Assembly: GCF_001194135.2 (NCBI RefSeq)
Contig: NC_068983.1
Location: 74,055,763-74,119,762, forward strand
DNA length: 64,000 nt
Source: Octopus bimaculoides
Lineage: Eukaryota
Reading direction: 5' to 3'
The position numbers and the translations under genes are program-made. The notes under the pieces are model-generated. The model was given only the letters and a program-made list of their open reading frames with translations. It was not told the origin of the DNA and searched no databases. Of the stretch, positions 61,241 through 64,000 are shown in pieces. Position 1 is the stretch's first letter. Every line of letters begins with the position of its first letter.

Positions 61241-62102
61241 TATACATTGATGCGTGTGTGTGCGTGGTTGGGTTACTAGATGTATAAACCATACATAGAA
61301 CATATTAATTCATGTAAATGAAGCATTTCTTCACTGAGAGAGCTCTGCAACTCATTTAGTCGGGGCTGCAACAAATATTCAAATGAATGAAATGAACAGG
61401 AAAAAATAAATTTTAAATACGCATGCAAGCACTCGTATTGTAATATTTTGGGACGGTCATTTGTTTTTGCCAGATATACACAGGCACTATATATTCGTTC
61501 TTCACTTCATCTTTATTATTGTTCATATTTTACTGTCCTATGTCTTAAACTTTACATCACTCATCGTGTGACCTCTTCAGCGTCTCTCCATCCCACACGT
61601 CTACTTCTGTTTAATCCATCTTATTTAAGTTTTATTTTCTAAGATGCCATGATTTTTCGACAACTTTTTATCTCTCCAGCTGGTGGTAATACAAATAGTA
61701 GTCAGCTACGAAGGGTTAATATATAATGCGATATGGAATTGGGGGGAAAAAAAGGAACAAAGCGAACGCTTTTATATAGTATAGAAGAATAATTCTGTTT
61801 TGTGAGAAAGCAAAAATAACAGTCAGTCCTACTGGGAAATATATTAAGTCAGAACGAATATAATATCCGGGAGCTAACAGCACACGTGCATACACAATCA
61901 CTTTCGTGTGTTTGTGTGTCTATGCTCACGTAATGTTTGCAGAGTTTTCATGCTAGAACGCAAAGTGATCAATATACAGTAAACTCTGTTGGACAGATTG
62001 GATTAACTCTTCATACTTTTGGCGAATCTTACTTCTCAGTCTCACGGATGACGTCGATGAGCCTCAAAAGAATACATAATTAACCGAAAAGTATATATAC
62101 AT

Positions 62103-62273
62103 AGGCACAGGGGCGGCTGTGTGGTAAGAAGCTTGCTTCCCAAACACATAGTCCTGGGTTCAGTCCCACTGCATGGTATCTTGGGAAAGTGACATCTACT
62201 ATAACCTCGGGCCGACCAAAGCCATGTGCATGGATTTGGTAGACAGAAACTGAAAGAAGCCCATAGCATATAC

Positions 62274-62318
<45 letters not shown>

Positions 62319-62500
62319 CATGTGTTTGTGTTTGTCCCTCCCACCGTCGCTTGACAGCCGATGTAGGTGTGTTTACGTCCCTGTAAATTAGCGGTTCGGT
62401 AAAAGAAACTGATAGAATAAGTACTAGGTTTACAAAGAAGAGGTCCTGGGGTCGAATTTTTTCGACTAAAGGCAGTGCTCCTGCAAGACTGAAACGAATA
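62103..62500 (+). mobile_element. tRNA-derived SINE family B
   Basis: Homologous to 6921-7310; ends at an N gap. Confidence 0.85.
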
Positions 62501-64000
62501 AAAGAATGTACTTGATTTCTGNNNNNNNNNNNNNNNNNNNNNNNNNNNNNNNNNNNNNNNNNNNNNNNNNNNNNNNNNNNNNNNNNNNNNNNNNNNNNNN
62601 NNNNNNNNNNNNNACTTCGAAGTTACTGTCAATAACATTCTTGTATATGAATAATATATAAAATACCCCCCCCCCCCACACCTCTATATGTATATATATA
62701 TTATATAATGGCATTAATTGCAATTAAACCACTGAAATATCAAAAGTATAGAGCAGCATTGACTGTATTGGATCAATATAACTTATTTCTTTTGGGTGTC
62801 TTCTATTATTCCGGTCTCAATTGACTCGAAGTGCAGATTCTTGTATGAACGCTTGGCTGATGCTAAGCAGTATTCACTAGTAACCTCTCAAAAATAGTGT
62901 ATTGTAATAAATGATCTTTTACCAAACTTGTGATATACTACGCTTTAGGTCTCTGCTTTAAAAATAATGTACGATTCATCTAAAATGTGAAGGGATACTT
63001 ACATTCAATAGTGGCTTTCATGTTGGATAAATTTTTCATAGACATAATCCGAAAAACCTATATAATGGTATGTAAGAAAATTACATTTAAAACACTCTAG
63101 CTAGAATTTCCCTTAAGCTCAGTAGAAATGAAAGATAGAGATAGAGATCTGCAAAGTATTCCTTGTCCAAAATACTCTTTATACACGATTACGACATAAA
63201 ACTGAAGCTATGAATGTCATCAAGGCAAGCAATAAATATGAAATATTTCAGAAATGAAGACCATGGCTGGAAAAAAAAAAGAAAAGAAATTTGAAAAGTA
63301 GAAAATACAATAGTAAGAAAGAATATCTCACGTTGCTTAACTAGATAAATCACTGACAAAAGAAAAAAAACTTTAAGATAGTGAAGCAAAATCAATTATC
63401 TCATGAAATTGGGAGCAATGTGAACAATAAAGGAAGTAAAAAGATAATTAAAAAATCTTAAATCTTGTACGGATTTACCAAAGAAACAAATTTAGGTCTT
63501 TACAAATTAGGCCAGTGTTTATGAAAAGTAGTTCACTTATTGCAGATTGTCAAAAAGACAGAAATTGTGAATAAACAAACAAAATTCTAACAACCTTACT
63601 AGTATGTGCATAGAAATGAACTAGATGAGTTATTGAACAGTATATTTATATAAGTATAATCGACAGACAACAATTAAATATATGATATGTGTTATATATA
63701 TATATATATATATATGTAAAATTAGCGTACATTCTAAAACTGCGCTTGCGCTGTGGATTTGAAAAACAATGTATAAAGATGAGACATGTGCTCCCTATTT
63801 GTCCCATAATTATACATTAATTATTAGCGCCCTTGCTGCTGAAGAACACGCGTAACAAATTATCTTATTTGTTCATTAATGTTCGAAACCTAGGTACAAG
63901 TGGTAACTATTGAACATGTTTCTATGTTTCAACCCCTTCGAAATTACTCTTAACCGTGGTTTGGACTTTGACTGTTCATTTTAGCATGTAAGGTGTCCTG

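Overview
AT-rich eukaryotic genomic DNA from a gapped short-read assembly. The SINE families and microsatellites look like Octopus (my recognition, not a database result). 1.4-13.2 kb: the last seven exons of a spliced + strand 7TM receptor-like gene (TM4-TM7; GPR143/TMEM116/GPR157-like), invisible in the ORF track and reconstructed here from in-phase GT-AG junctions. 14.5-56.2 kb, starting about 1.3 kb after that stop codon: a ~42 kb head-to-tail array of about 22 highly divergent L1/Tx1-type ORF1 (RRM-like + CCHC knuckle) units, all on the - strand. Most units carry no ORF2. Sixteen visible 3' tails share a terminal CCCCTTGTGGGYAATAAA-like motif, and most also carry a covarying stem-loop. 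Several units are bounded by 13-27 nt direct repeats, and one site recurs five times. This points to serial retrotransposition just downstream of the previous unit's poly(A) tail. Three ORF2-bearing (APE/RT) copies, a Penelope-like element with a hammerhead ribozyme and a Ty3/Gypsy relic are embedded in the same orientation. 56.2-64 kb: SINEs, a deleted mariner, microsatellites and an unexplained hairpin.
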